A DNA stretch of 63,832 nucleotides, the filler included, from Thelocarpon superellum (lineage: Eukaryota): NCBI GenBank assembly GCA_026025795.1. It is 10 parts of 10 records of this genome, joined end to end, with 100 filler letters (N's around TTAATTAATTAA, not from the genome) between each part and the next. Parts side by side here need not be neighbours in the genome. Positions count along the whole stretch, not along the records: positions 1 to 6,882 come from JAPEUG010000657.1; positions 6,983 to 13,827 come from JAPEUG010000658.1; positions 13,928 to 20,742 come from JAPEUG010000659.1; 7 more parts are not named here. One strand, given 5' to 3'. Made by a program: the position numbers and the translations under genes. The notes under the pieces are model-generated. The model was not told the origin of the DNA. It saw nothing but the letters and a program-made list of their open reading frames with translations, and made no database searches. This document shows positions 1-14,222 of this stretch, piece by piece (position 1 is the first letter of the stretch; every line of letters begins with the position of its first letter).

Positions 1-30
1 GTTATACATCCCGGCTGAGTGACATGATAG

Positions 31-1678
<1,648 letters not shown>

Positions 1679-1792
1679 GCGTACGGCAAACACCCTGCCT
1701 CAGGCCAATCTCTCCGCCCTCCATCCCTCGAACTTCATTCTATCGTACAGGTTGAAACGCATCTACCTGAACCCTCAAAGAGAAAGACATCG

Positions 1793-3876
1793 TCACCCCC
1801 ACAGCGCTTCCTTCAACTGTTTACTTCCACCCGTTGACGCTTTCGGCGGCGTGGTCACGACGTAGCTCCACGTCTCCTCGCCATCGACGAAGAGGCGGAA
1901 CTTCAGGATGCTCTGCTCGCTGGCTGTCGGCGTGCTAAGCTCTATCGCGCCAAATTTCGAGTTGCCGTCCGGTACGTACCTTGTGCATGTTAGCGGAGTC
2001 GGAGAGCTTGAAGGGATAGAAGTGAGGGGCAAGGCGTGTAGGTGAGGGGGACATGGAACGATTGAGGATGACGACGCCTGCTTACTTGATCATGACATCT
2101 TCATCGTCCTCCTGTCGATAGGTGCGAAAGGGAAGGTAGAATTGACTGAGCGGACTGGTGCAGAATTCGTGCACCGCGGCGCTGACGGGCCACTTGCTGT
2201 CGCTGGGCGGAGGGAAGCTGGTCGCGGCGAATTCGTGCCGGTCGCCGCTGACGATGGCGACGCCCACGCCGCTGCGCGATCCCACGTCCCACATGGCTTC
2301 GAGGATCTGTCGTCGCTCGGCCAGATAGCCGCCCCAGGTATCTTCGGTCCCAATGTGCCAGTTCTTGGTAAAGGGTACGGACGATGCGACAATCTTCCAC
2401 TTGACACCTGCCGGGAGGGGCTGTCGCAGCCAGCGGAGGAGATCGGCGCGCTGCGTGGCGCCCAGCATCGTCTTGTTCGTGTCGTTTGCTGACCCGGCGA
2501 ACTCGGACGAACGGTACCGTCGGGTGTCCAGCAAAAAGAAGGATGCCGGGCCTTGCGTGAAGGAGAAGTAGCTCTCGCCGCGTCGCACTTCCGGCGGGTT
2601 GACGGAGGTATGGTAGAGCTTCCACGGCTCTGTCGCCGCCTCATACACTCCCGTCGTGTTCTGGTCCCAGTCATTCGCAATCTCATGATCGTCCAGCACG
2701 TGGATCCATGGGAGCTCGGCCGAGACGCTGGGCCAGTCCGGCGACTTGTAGACCATCCGGTACTCCCGTCGATACGTCTCGACGTCGCTGCCAAAGCGCT
2801 TCGGCACGTCAACGTAGATGAAATCGCCGAGAAACAGCATGAATTGAGCTTTGAGCGATGGGATCAGCCGGGCGAGATGGCGCAGGCCGGGAATGCCCAA
2901 CGGATGGGATAACGGATTGTACGGAAAGTGTGACTTGAGGCAGCTTGACGCAAGAAAGGTGAAGGTGCCATCGTTGTGCGTCGGAGTCTCTCCAGCGGGC
3001 GGGGCAGTCCGGAAAGATCCTGAGTGATTATTTGACGTGGCGTACTGGTAACGGGTTTGTGGCTTCAACGAGGAGATGGTTAGCGTCGACGAGAAGTCCG
3101 TCGCATTCGTGAGTGTCATGATCTGTCCCCCGGCCTTCCACGCATCGTCCACGGCATCTTCTGCCTGGCGATAGGAGAGGAACAGGGGCAACTGTGTTGC
3201 ATCGGGCTCACGCAGGAGAATCCTGGCTTCACGATTCGACACGAAGCCAGTGCGTGCGAAAGAGAGGTCATGGGCGGGGTGCCATAACGGCGCCCGGTAG
3301 ACGGCGTCGATGACACCTATTACCAGCAGCACGTTGATTGCCGCAGTGGTGACACTGAGCAGGGTCGATGTGGGGCTTGGTAGACCACTGAGCAGAGTCC
3401 AGACGACATGGGCGTCTTGTTCTTCGAGGACCAGTGTCTCCTCTACGTCCACCTCTTCGACGATCTTGACCTCTGCCTCACTTCCGCGGAGATTGTGCGA
3501 GTGTGCGGCGGTGGAGGCGAACGTCGGCGGTTGGGCATCCTCTGGTTCGTCCTCTTTTACTTCTTCGGTTACGGTGATATCCACCTCATCTGCAATGACC
3601 TTGTAGGGCGAGATGGTGAAGAAGCTCAGCAGGAAAGACGGGAGATAGATGGCTAGGAAGGTGTAGACGGCGGGTGGAGCGTGCTAGAGGGTGAGCTTCT
3701 AGGAGGAAGAGACGTGGATGACGAGCTACGTACATGTCCCGGGATCTGGTGGGCAGGTGTTAGCATGGATCGGCCGCGGAGGTGGCACCAACGCATACCC
3801 ATCGGAAGAAAACATAGGCCCCGATTCGAATGCCCAGCGAACTCAACACGATTGCAAGGGTATTTATCGAAGACAT
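1793..3876 (-). CDS. PhoD-family (alkaline phosphatase D-like) metallophosphatase with N-terminal hydrophobic segments; multi-exon, including a 12-nt exon at 3734-3745
   Basis: Motifs FLGDFIYVD, LDDHEIANDW, LDTRRYRS and SGDRHE in ORF 2082-3584; spliced N-terminus MSSINTLAIVLSSLGIRIGAYVFFRW-IPGH-HAPP; last exon YVPDGNSKFG...EALWG. Confidence 0.9.
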
Positions 3877-4787
3877 TGATAACTAGAGATCGACGATGAA
3901 TGCGGTGGGAGACATGAGATGCTTGGAGATCGTGGTGAAAGGACTAGGCCAGTCTTGCGGGGTCACGACTGGAAATTGATGCTGTTCGGTGCTACGTCAT
4001 ATCTCGCGTACGCGTTCTTGCAGCAGCACTTCACGTTTCCTTGCCTGTCGCCTGTCGTGATCACTAAGACTGTCGGCTCAGGTTTCGAGCACTCATAATA
4101 TGGCCAGGCCGCCACAGGTTGTCTTTACCATGGCGTCGTTGCGTGAAAGTGTCGCGCTAGGGAGTGTCTGGACAAATACTTGAGGGTGCGTACCGAGTTC
4201 TCTCGAGATCTATCGCTAATGCCTCTGCCCGTGCAACGGAACGATGCATGACACCCCTAGCCCCGCATAACATGCCTAGACACCCCTCGTCCCTGTCTTG
4301 GGCTCGAACGATGCACTTTATGCTGAATCAACGCCCTGTGACCTGCGCCCTCTACAGTTGTGTCAGATTATCCAGGGCATCATTGCTGAGGCAGGGTGCC
4401 GTCACGCAACGTCGCTTCTCGTCGGTGCCCTGACTCGCGAGAATGAGTGTGGTTTGCAGTTGAGCCGGACGGCGAGAGGTTCTTAGCCTGCTGCCGAGCT
4501 ACCATCGGCACCACAGGCATCTGACCACCTTCTGTGCCAGCACGCGGAGGATGGATGGCATCAGTGGAGCGACTTAGCAAAGGCACAAGACGGTGAATTG
4601 ATGGCAAAGGTAAATCTCAATAATGTTACTCTTGTAATCATACATGGATGTTGAAGAAGACAGGACTTTGGTGGATATCATGTGCATCATAAACAGGGGA
4701 CCACAAATAACGCCGTGATGATGCGACCACGGCCTAACTCCATCGCTAACGAGGGTAGTGCGTCGAGGGAAGGAAGCAACGAAAGGG

Positions 4788-6197
4788 CTATTGCGGTGGG
4801 CTGAGGCAGTAGAAGTTGCCGGAGCTGAAGCCGGCACACGAGTTCATGTTGCTGATGCTCGGATTCCACGACTGGAACGTGTTGGGATCGATGTTCGCCA
4901 TCCCGGGGAGTTGCGTGCAACTCTCGCCGCAAGGTTTGAGGACCCGGCTGCAGCTGAGGCCCCAGGCGCCTTGCAGCTGCGACGGTGTGTTCCCGGGTAC
5001 GCCCGTCTGCCCGGGAGCGGGGATGCTGGAGGCGCCACCGTACGGGGGCGACAGGCAATAGTAAGAGCTACTGCTGAGCGCAGTAGAGCTAGTGCACGAG
5101 AGACCGGAGTTGTAGGAGCCGACCTGGCTCGGATCGAGACCATTGTTGCTGGCAAAGGTGGTGCACAGCTCGCCATCGTTGGACGGCGTGGCCGCGAGCT
5201 TGCAGTAGGGGGCCCGGGCTTCTGGGACCCCGTTCACGCTGGAGCCGGAGCTGCTACTGCCGCTGACCACCACCACCGTCGCACCAGAGGAAGATTCGAC
5301 CGTGGACCCGCCCGACGATCCACCCGAGAACGTCGGCTGGGTAATGCAGTATGTCTTGGTCGGGTCGATCCACGAACAGCCGCTGGCCAAATTGTTTTGG
5401 TTGGGCTGTGAATTGTAGCTAACCAGCTGGCTGGTGCTGATCGAGTAGCGATTGGCAAACGAGGAACAGGTGTCGCCGCTTTGCGGTGTCTCTGGTTGGC
5501 AGGTCACCACCTCGGTAGAGGATCCGCTCGGAACGCCATTTTGCGATGGCGCCGTCACGCAGTAGGGCAGAGCTGACATGAGGTTGGTGCAGTCGCCGTT
5601 GATGTTATTCTGGCCGGCATTCTGGTTGTAGGATCTCAGCTGCTGGGTGTTGATGGAATACCGGGCCGAAAAGGCATCACAGCTGTCTCCGGGCTGCGGG
5701 ATTTGTTGTGTACACCCACCGAAGCCCGTGGAGCTTTGTCCGGAAGGTGCCGCCACGCAGTATTGCTCTGCGAAGTTGAGATTATCACAATTGTTATCGA
5801 TCCTGCCAGCGTTCCAGCTGATCAGTTGGCTGACTTGGATATTGTTTCGCTGGGCGAAGCCAGAGCACGTGTCGCCGGACTGCGGCTGGGCCTGTCGACA
5901 GTTCGTGCTGCTGCTGGAGCCGGAAGTCGAGGAGATCGGGACGCAATACTGCTGGTTCGAATTGCCGAAGCCATCGCATTGGCCATCGATTTGCCCTGCA
6001 TTTAGAGACTGGAGAGTGGACAAGCTGATGGAGAAGCGAGCGGCGAAAGCGTAGCAATTCTCGTTCGAATTGGGTCTCTGGTATTGGCACTGCCCGTTCG
6101 TCTGCCGCGGCTGGAGCACGAGGGGCGAGGCGTGCGTACAGGCGATCAGCTGAGCGATCAGATAGGCAGCGCCGGTGAGGGCGGTAGACCGGCTCAT
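4788..6197 (-). CDS. Secreted Cys-rich protein with six fungal-type LysM domains (LysM effector candidate), intronless
   Basis: Signal-peptide-like MSRSTALTGAAYLIAQLIACTHA; six repeats resembling C..GDTC..FA.R..I...QL.S(W/Y)N....C......YC. Confidence 0.85.
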   Translation of the reverse strand: MSRSTALTGAAYLIAQLIACTHASPLVLQPRQTNGQCQYQRPNSNENCYAFAARFSISLSTLQSLNAGQIDGQCDGFGNSNQQYCVPISSTSGSSSSTNCRQAQPQSGDTCSGFAQRNNIQVSQLISWNAGRIDNNCDNLNFAEQYCVAAPSGQSSTGFGGCTQQIPQPGDSCDAFSARYSINTQQLRSYNQNAGQNNINGDCTNLMSALPYCVTAPSQNGVPSGSSTEVVTCQPETPQSGDTCSSFANRYSISTSQLVSYNSQPNQNNLASGCSWIDPTKTYCITQPTFSGGSSGGSTVESSSGATVVVVSGSSSSGSSVNGVPEARAPYCKLAATPSNDGELCTTFASNNGLDPSQVGSYNSGLSCTSSTALSSSSYYCLSPPYGGASSIPAPGQTGVPGNTPSQLQGAWGLSCSRVLKPCGESCTQLPGMANIDPNTFQSWNPSISNMNSCAGFSSGNFYCLSPPQ

Positions 6198-6882
6198 CGT
6201 GGCGATGGGAGCCTGGATGGGGGGCGGGTCGAGGGACGGGACGGGTGGGGACGTCTGAGTGGAGGCGCAGATGCAGCAGGGGAAGGTCACGACCAAGAGC
6301 AATGGAGGGCAACTGGGGCCACGAGGAAATCATCGTCTCTTATATAGAACCGTCATTGCGACGGCTTCCATGGAGGTTAGGGGCGCGGACGAACCAGCGC
6401 CGCCCGATGTGGCCATCTAAGCCTCATGGCCTCTGGGCATTGGCATCGTCATCACCCTCCCTTAACGCGAATGTTTGTGTCAAGCATGTCAAAAGACCCT
6501 GATGGAGCCAGAAATAATCATTCGCGCCAAGCATCTCTCCTCGCATGGACGGCGTGCGTCCCATTGTTCTCGACCGCATGATCCAGACAACCATACGCAT
6601 ATCTGCGACGTGAGCGATGCCAAGGCCGGGACCCGGGGTCCGGCGGGCGCGCCACCGCTGGGGCCATTTTTGGCATGCGCATGGATGCGATGAAGCAGGC
6701 AAGGTGTCGTTGGGGAAGCAATCCAAACACGAAACTACTGAACGCGTTTGGAACAATAAGGCCGCCCGCCGGCCTCCGAGGGACGCATGAGATGTTGGGT
6801 TTGACGACCTTCCTATCTATAGCCACTGGCTATTTAGCAGCTGACACGCATTATCATGTCACAGATGTGGGGCACTGTGAAG

Positions 6883-6982
6883 NNNNNNNNNNNNNNNNNN
6901 NNNNNNNNNNNNNNNNNNNNNNNNNNTTAATTAATTAANNNNNNNNNNNNNNNNNNNNNNNNNNNNNNNNNNNNNNNNNNNN
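6883..6982. other. Artificial contig-joining spacer
   Basis: 44 N + TTAATTAATTAA + 44 N. Confidence 0.98.
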
Positions 6983-7301
6983 AATCACAAGCCGACACGC
7001 CGAGTAGCTAGCTCGCCAGCTGCTCTATCTCGGCACTCGCGTAGAGAGGCCAGACGGTAGCAGGGAAGCGTCGGGCAGAGCTTGAAGGTTCCGGCGCTTG
7101 TCGTCGCCCGTTACAGTACCTCCCTTCGGCAGTACGAAGTAGGATCTGAAGCCGTGAATATATAATCACGCCCAGGCCAGGCATCCCCACTTTTGGCAAG
7201 CAGACGACTCTTCCCTCATTGTCAACTCCGGAGACCTCAGCACTTGACCCTGACCTCCACCGCCCCACCGTCCCGCAACTGACCAGCCAAGCTCGCCCAG
7301 C

Positions 7302-8190
7302 ATGACGTCGAAGCTCATCCCTGCCAACCCCTCGGCCGTCTCGGTCATCCGCAAGGTCACGCCCAACATCACCACCATCTCAGCCCCCTTCAAGCGGGTG
7401 GGCTTGTTCAAGATCGGCGGACGAGGGACCATCGGTAAGCATGACTCGTTCTGCGGCGAGCAATTCGATGCCCGGCCCCATGGCTAACGCAGTTTCGTTC
7501 ATAGTCCGCCTCTCATCGGGGGCACTCGCTGTCTTCTCGCCCACGGCCCTCACACCCGAGGTCCGCGAGGTGGTAACGTCGCTGGGCAACAAAGTCAGCT
7601 ACATTGCCGCGCTGGACTTTGAACATCACATCTTCCTGGGCGAATGGCACAAGGCCTTCCCGGAGGCCAAGGTCATCGGTCCCGAGGGGCTGCCGGAGAA
7701 GCGGACGGCGCAGAAGAACGAAGCGGTGCCCTTTGCCTTCGTCTTCACGCAGGAGAACAAAGCGGGGCTGAAGATCGGCGAGGAGTTTGACAGTGACTTC
7801 GACTACGAGTACGTAGGGAGCCATGGCAACAAGGAGATCGTCTTCAATTACAAGCCCGACAAGACGCTCATCCAGGCCGATCTTCTCTGGAATCTGCCGG
7901 CGACGGAGCAGTACTCGCGGGCTGGCGAGTCGGCAACCACGGGTATCCTCAGCTCCATCTTCTCTGCCCTGCTCACCACGTCGGGCTCGGCCATCTGGCA
8001 GAAGCGCTTCAGCTGGTACGCGGCCAGTGGCAAGGACCGCCCGGGCTTCAACGCCAGCGTCCAGCGTATCGCCACCTGGGACTTTACGAAAATCATCCCC
8101 TGCCACGGTGATGTCATCGAGATCGACGGCAACGCCGTCTTCAAGAAGGTCTTTGCCTGGCACCTCGAGCCCACGGCAGCGAAGCAGTGA
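7302..8190 (+). CDS. DUF4336-like protein (probable metallo-beta-lactamase-like fold); intron 7435-7504
   Basis: IGGRGTIVRLSSGALAVFSP, DFEHHIFL, EIVFNYKPDKTLIQADLL and IIPCHGD motifs. Confidence 0.75.
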
Positions 8191-9149
8191 TTCCGTCTCT
8201 CGCGCTTCTTGCCCCTTACTCCTGAAGCTTAGGTGCCCCTTTTTTCAGTCCGTCCGTCTTTGCAGTCTGTTGGTGATGATAGTACGAGTAGCGTCGTTCC
8301 AAGCTGAGGCCGTATACCCATACCATTCTGGTCCGCAGACTTGGGGGTGGTGAGGGTGACAGTCCATAGTGAAAGGTGTGTGGAGGATGGTAATGAAGTG
8401 TGATACGGAAGAGAGCGAAGTATACGCACGAGGATAGAGAGAGGGTGATCCGGTGACGGAAGGGTTGCAGTGTACGCTACGAAGTATACTGCCTAGTGAG
8501 CCAATCACGAGGGTCTGTAACAAAGCTCGTTCTGGTCAACCACGCCCATTGCAGCCACCTTCAACCTCGACCTCAAACAGTCGCCCCGTTGGCCCATTTA
8601 CGTAGAGAAAGGAGTCTTGCATGGGCCTTCGCAGCCGCATCCTCGTTTATTGCCTCACTGGCGGACGAACGGACTCCGGCTCTGTCGTGCTGTTGTGCTG
8701 TGTCTTGAAAACATCTCGTTCATTTCTCCCATGACTATGCCCATCGAGAAGGAGAAAGGGGCATGGAGAGACAGGGGAGGGCCGGCACAGCGCGGCACGG
8801 AACATATCTGGTGCGAGCATGCGCGGCAGGACTGTCTTTGGCGTCTGCTTATGTTTCCCTCTTTCTCCCCTTTTTTCTCTCGTGGGCGCGCTCTTCAGGA
8901 TACACCATCGCATGTCTCAACCCGGGCAGGCAGGGAGGTAGTCTGAACACTGCACATCCACAATCGCATCCCGTCCACACTCCGCACTTCCTTAGGAAAG
9001 AGGCAGAGGGAGGGAAACAGAAGGAAAGGGAGAGGGAACGGAATTGGAAAACAGGAAGATGAGGAGGCTATGCACTCTATAATGGACGATGACCATAGAG
9101 AGAAAGGAAAGGGGAGAAGGAAAATTGGAGAAAGTGGAAAAAGAGCTCA

Positions 9150-12100
9150 TTATGGCGCCGGCTCCGTTCGTCCCCAGAAATCCAAACTCGCTATTATGTC
9201 CTTTCCGGCCTCGTCTTCGTACGCGTAGAGGATCTGGGAGGGGGAAAGAAGCGTTAGGGGGTGGGGTCGAACAAGGGGGGAAAGGGGCCAGAGGGAGCTT
9301 ACCTCGCGGGTCGACGAGTGTAACAAACGAATGTTCTTGGCCGTCAAGATGTGCTCGAGCACACTCGTCTCGACGTTGCGAATCTCGATGAAACTCGGCT
9401 CGAAGGCGAGGATGTAGGGATATGAGAGCGCAAACGCCGTGGGTTGGCCTTCCCACGTAATCTTCCAGTCGGCCTTGGCCCGCCACCCGTTCCGGTTGAC
9501 AAAGAAGGAGTAATCGGTGTAGTTGAGCAGGAACTCGCCGTTCAGGCGCTCGATGTGGATGGGCTTGATGTTCTCCTTGCGTTGCACAAAGTCGAGCGAC
9601 GTATCCGCCTGGTCCAGGAGCGATTGGGTCTCTAGCGTTTCGAGGCTGACGACCTCGAAGCCCTTGGCGCATCCCACACATAGCTTCGACTTGAGGAAAT
9701 GGATCGACGAGGACTCGGCCGGGATGTAGAATTCCTGTGAGAACCATTAGCGTCCTCGGACACAACCCCGGCCACATGCGTCAAAGAAACCAACGTACCT
9801 TGAAGGGTCGCAGGGCGTCCTGGCCGCCCTGGAACATCTTGCTAAACGCCGGCTTCTTCTTGCCCTTGGTCGTCGTCTCTAGCGGCTCAAAGACTTTGAT
9901 GGTCGAGGACAGCGCCGAGGTCTTGACGGAGCAGACGAGATGTCTGCCGAGGCAGACACCCGCCTTGAAGAAGTTGGCATGGTTCTGGATCTTCCGTGGC
10001 CGCTTGACCAGCGCCGCCTGATTATCGGGCGCGTCCAGGGCCTCGAGCGAGAAGGACAGCAAGGTCTTGTTCGCCAGGACCAGCAGCAGCTGGTACTCCT
10101 CCAAGACGTCGATCTGGGTGACGGCTACCGCGTCGAGAACGCGCCGAGGCTTCGCGTCCGGATCTTTCGGCCGACGGTCCGACAGGTAGATACCGTTGTC
10201 GGTGCCGTAGACCAGCTTCCGTCCGCCATCTGCCGAAGCACGTCAGTCTCACCTGCATCGCACGCACGGAGGGCGAAGGGCGCAGGGCGGGGGAAACATA
10301 CCGATAGGGACCAGACAGTTGACACGGTTGGCGGCGGAAAAGAAGCGATCGCAGAGCACCGTGCGCAAGAAGAAGTTGCTTCGATTCTCCAGGGCCGTCT
10401 GTTGCATCTCGATATGCTCCATCCACTTGCGTCGCTGGACTTGCGTCGACGCGTACAGCGTCAGCTCGTACCCACCTTTCCCGAGATGCTTGAACGTGAT
10501 GGGGAAACCCTGCTTGGCACCGACTTCCGGCTTCGGCGCATTAAAGGTGTTCTTGGCGCCCGGGATCAGGCTAGATGAGGGTCGTTTCGCGAGGCCCAGC
10601 TTGGGCAGGAATTCCTCCATCTGCGTGATGACCAGTAGCTCGAGGGGGATGGGCTGTCCAGCGCGGTCAGCCTGCTCGTTCGCCTCGACCGCGACCCTCG
10701 GATCCGCTTACCTTGCGATAGACCTTGAGCTCCTCGCGCTTGTTCACGACCTTGACTCGCACCAGCAAGACGGCGTGATCGAAGAGGTAGGCGTGCACAT
10801 CGCTGTTATCCGTCGGTCCCTTCTTGAGCGCACCCTTGAATAGCAGCTGCCGGCTCTCCTCGGTCAACTTCAGATCGACGTATTGGCCAGGCGGAAACTT
10901 GAGCTGCTGGTTCAGCTGCATGAGATTGAAGTGATTCTCCGCCTTGCCCGACTCCACGTTGACACGTGACAGGAAGTCCTTGATCAATGCAATGGCGCGC
11001 GGGATGTCCGTCTTGTCCGGGTTGTCGTCGGCCGTGTACTTGACCACATTCTCCAGCAAGAGCGGATAGCGCGCCAAGCGAGTGGTGGGCTTTGTCAGGT
11101 AGCCGTTCAGCTCGAGCTTGCGCGACTCCTTGAGCCGTTCCGTCTCGTCGACGAAGCGCGAGAAGGCCGGGTTGGAGGCGCGCTCCTTCTCAAATTCGTA
11201 TTTGCCGTATAGCTGGTTGGAGCCGTATTTGATGAAGGGCTCGAAGCGCGGAACGTAGTCGAGGAAGATGTCGCCCACGTTGCGCACGACGGGATTCTGT
11301 TCCTGTCGTCGGGTCAAGGACTTGGCCATGCTGGCATTGACGGCGTGCACGTCGAGACAATTGGAGAAGACGGTGCGGATGAACTTCTCGCGGCGGTGCT
11401 CGGGGATCGGGGAGGGGTTGGCCGGGTTGGTGGAGCGCAGAGGCTTCATCCAGAAGTCACGTAGATACTCGAGATCCTTGACGAAGTCGCGCTCGGTGTA
11501 CATGATCTCGCAGATGACCTCCTGTCGCTTCTTCTCCCGATCGCCTACGCTGTCCGACACCTCCTTGGAGACGGTGTTGATCCACAGCTTCTGCTCGTCC
11601 GTCTCATCCGCGTGCAGGCTGGAGCGGGACTCCTCGCGCTTCAGGCCCGGCTGGGGCTTGAGGTTCAACCGGGCTTGTTGCTCGAGGCGCCGCGGGCAGG
11701 CGATGGAGTAGCATAGCCGATCGCGCGTGCAGGTCGGCGAGTAGCACTCGGTCAGGAGGGTGAAGACGCCATTGACATCTGACGAGTCCTCCATCAACGT
11801 CTCGCGAAACTGGTAGATCTCCTGCGAGGAGTCACGCAGGCGGTGATCGTAGGTGACGTCATGGAAGAATTTCTGCGCGTCCAGGGCGCGCCCAAGCAGT
11901 AGCGCCAGGTTCCGGTCGGTCGTCTTGATGATGTACGAGATCAGGTCGACGGCTTCCTGGCCGGTGAAGGCGCTTTTGTACGCCAGGTCATTCTTGCTAC
12001 GCTCGCCGACGCCGATGCTCTCGCGGAAGGTGTCGGCAACGCGGGAGAGCAGGGCCGGGTAGACGAGCGGGGCGCGGCGCTGAGCCGTGACGACGGTGTT

Positions 12101-13054
12101 GGCGGTGGAGGCGCTGCCCGTCTTCTGGACCGACGGACGGTGGGCCAGCGAGTCGCTCCGCTCCGAGGGGGCGGCGATGGTGGAGGTCATGGACATGGTG
12201 TGGAGAGGTTGGGTCGCGGTGCTGGGATTGCGCGAGGGAGTGGCGGTCGGGGCGTTGGACATGCCTTCATACTCATCGCTGGGCTCAGACTCCCTCAGCC
12301 GGCCATGAGGGTCCACGTCTCTCCTTCGATTCGGGATGACGCGGCCGCTCATGGTCTGATTGTGGTCGCGCTCGACGGAGTAGGAGGTCATGGACATGGC
12401 GCGCTCGTCGTGACGCTCGGGCACGACGCGGCCTTGGGCGGTGGTGCGTGAGCCGCCGTGATATTGCTGCTGCCGGAAGGCATTGGCAGGGGCTTGTGGA
12501 TGAGGTTGCTGATTCGGCGGCGGTTGGTACACCGGAGGTCCCGACATGGTGGCCATGGATCGCGAGCGGTACGGATCCGAGTTGAGGTTCGGATGGCCTG
12601 GAAGGCCCTGGTGGCCCGGATAGCCACGGTTCGGCACCGGCTTGTTAAAGTGGGGCGGCGGGGGATGTCGGGGATCGACGCGCTGCGCCTGGGGATAGGG
12701 ACGACGGTCGGGATAGAGCGGCTGCGGGAGACTTCGTGGTTGAGGTTGTGAATGCACTTGACCGTTCGGCGGGTAGGGCGCGCTATGGTAGCCGTTGGCG
12801 TGGTGTAGCGGCGGGCCCATAGGCTGCCGTTGCGGGGGCGGCCGCTGCGCCTGGGGGTGACCACTCGCCGGGGGAACGGTCTGTGATCGCTCTGGCGGGG
12901 GAGGGGCGGAGGCAGCGGTCATGGTCTGTGATCGCCCTGGCGGAGGGGCCGCGCCGAAGATGTTGGAGAAAGCGGCTTCCCGCTGGTAACTGGAGGCATG
13001 GCCAAAGTTGTTCGGCCGGTGCTCGTGGCCGCGCTGGGTGCCATAGTCGGCCAT
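9150..13054 (-). CDS. ROM2: Rho1 guanine-nucleotide exchange factor (Rom1/Rom2/Rgf1 type; DEP-DH-PH-CNH), multi-exon
   Basis: DEP region (LDAQKFFHDVTYDHRLRDS), DH domain (KRQEVICEIMYTERDFVKDL...KPTTRLARYPLLL) and CNH domain (LCVGCAKGFEVVSLETLETQSLLD). Confidence 0.95.
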
Positions 13055-13827
13055 GGCGAGACGACTGGAGGCCTCGATCAGCGTGATGGCCAAGAGAAGA
13101 GAGACCACGCACGGCCGGCGACTCACCCAGGGTGGATTGATGATCCGCACGCCTACCTCCCTTCCGGTGGCGGCGGGTCCGGCGCCTGCGGGGCCAGGGG
13201 TGGAACGCCAACGTCGTCGGCCGGAAGGCGGTTGATAACACGCGTCGCCGGTGGCGCGGCGGGTGGAACGGGTAACGAGAGGGGAGCGATGGGGGCTGCC
13301 CTAGGTGGGTGCAGCGAGTGGTGTAACCAAAAGGGAGGATGCGCCGAACGAGACGTCACTGACGATGGTGAGCGGCGGGCGCGTGGAGCGCGGCGGACAT
13401 GCTTCAGGGAGGCGTCAGCGTGGTGGGCGAGATCAAGGAATGGCTTCACGCCGACGACGGTCGACACGTGGGGAGCGGGGGTGGGCGATGAGACGATGGA
13501 AGGACTGAGGACGTGCCGTGGTTGAGCGGTGGCGGCGTCGTTGAACCCTTCCGGTGCTCGTTCTCGTTCTCTTTCTCTTCTACGTCCTCGCTTTCGGCGT
13601 TGGCCCCAGGTGGTGGCTTGGGCGATTCGCTATAGCCTGTGGCTGTGGAATTACCTTAGCCTTTTGGCTTGGACGCTTTGCCTGGCTGCTCGCTCGCCGT
13701 TGGACGCCCGTCCATCGGGTTCGCTACAGGGAGATGTGCCCGTTTGCTTATGCAACTCGCTGGAGCAATGATAGCCCTTCACTTGCTGTTGCTTCCTCGC
13801 TCGTTACCTGCAGTTACTCGTATCGAA

Positions 13828-13927
13828 NNNNNNNNNNNNNNNNNNNNNNNNNNNNNNNNNNNNNNNNNNNNTTAATTAATTAANNNNNNNNNNNNNNNNN
13901 NNNNNNNNNNNNNNNNNNNNNNNNNNN
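13828..13927. other. Artificial contig-joining spacer
   Basis: 44 N + TTAATTAATTAA + 44 N. Confidence 0.98.
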
Positions 13928-14222
13928 GGGGGGGGGGCGCTCCGGGGAGGTGACGTGGAGATCTTTGCGTGATCTCTATATCTATCTACCCACTTGTCTA
14001 CGGCACGAGATAAACGATACGGTACAACACGATAGTCGTGAATAGATCTCCTTGAGGTGCAGGTGCAGGTGCTGGGCGTCATTTATGTACGCATTTCGAT
14101 TCAGTAACTATGTACAGTAAGGGGTGCAGGCATAGGCGTAGGCGTCTGCGCATCGCGCACGCGCTCCACGATGCGAATAGCCAAGACGCTTGTCGAGGTA
14201 ACCCAGATTGTCGCTATCACTC

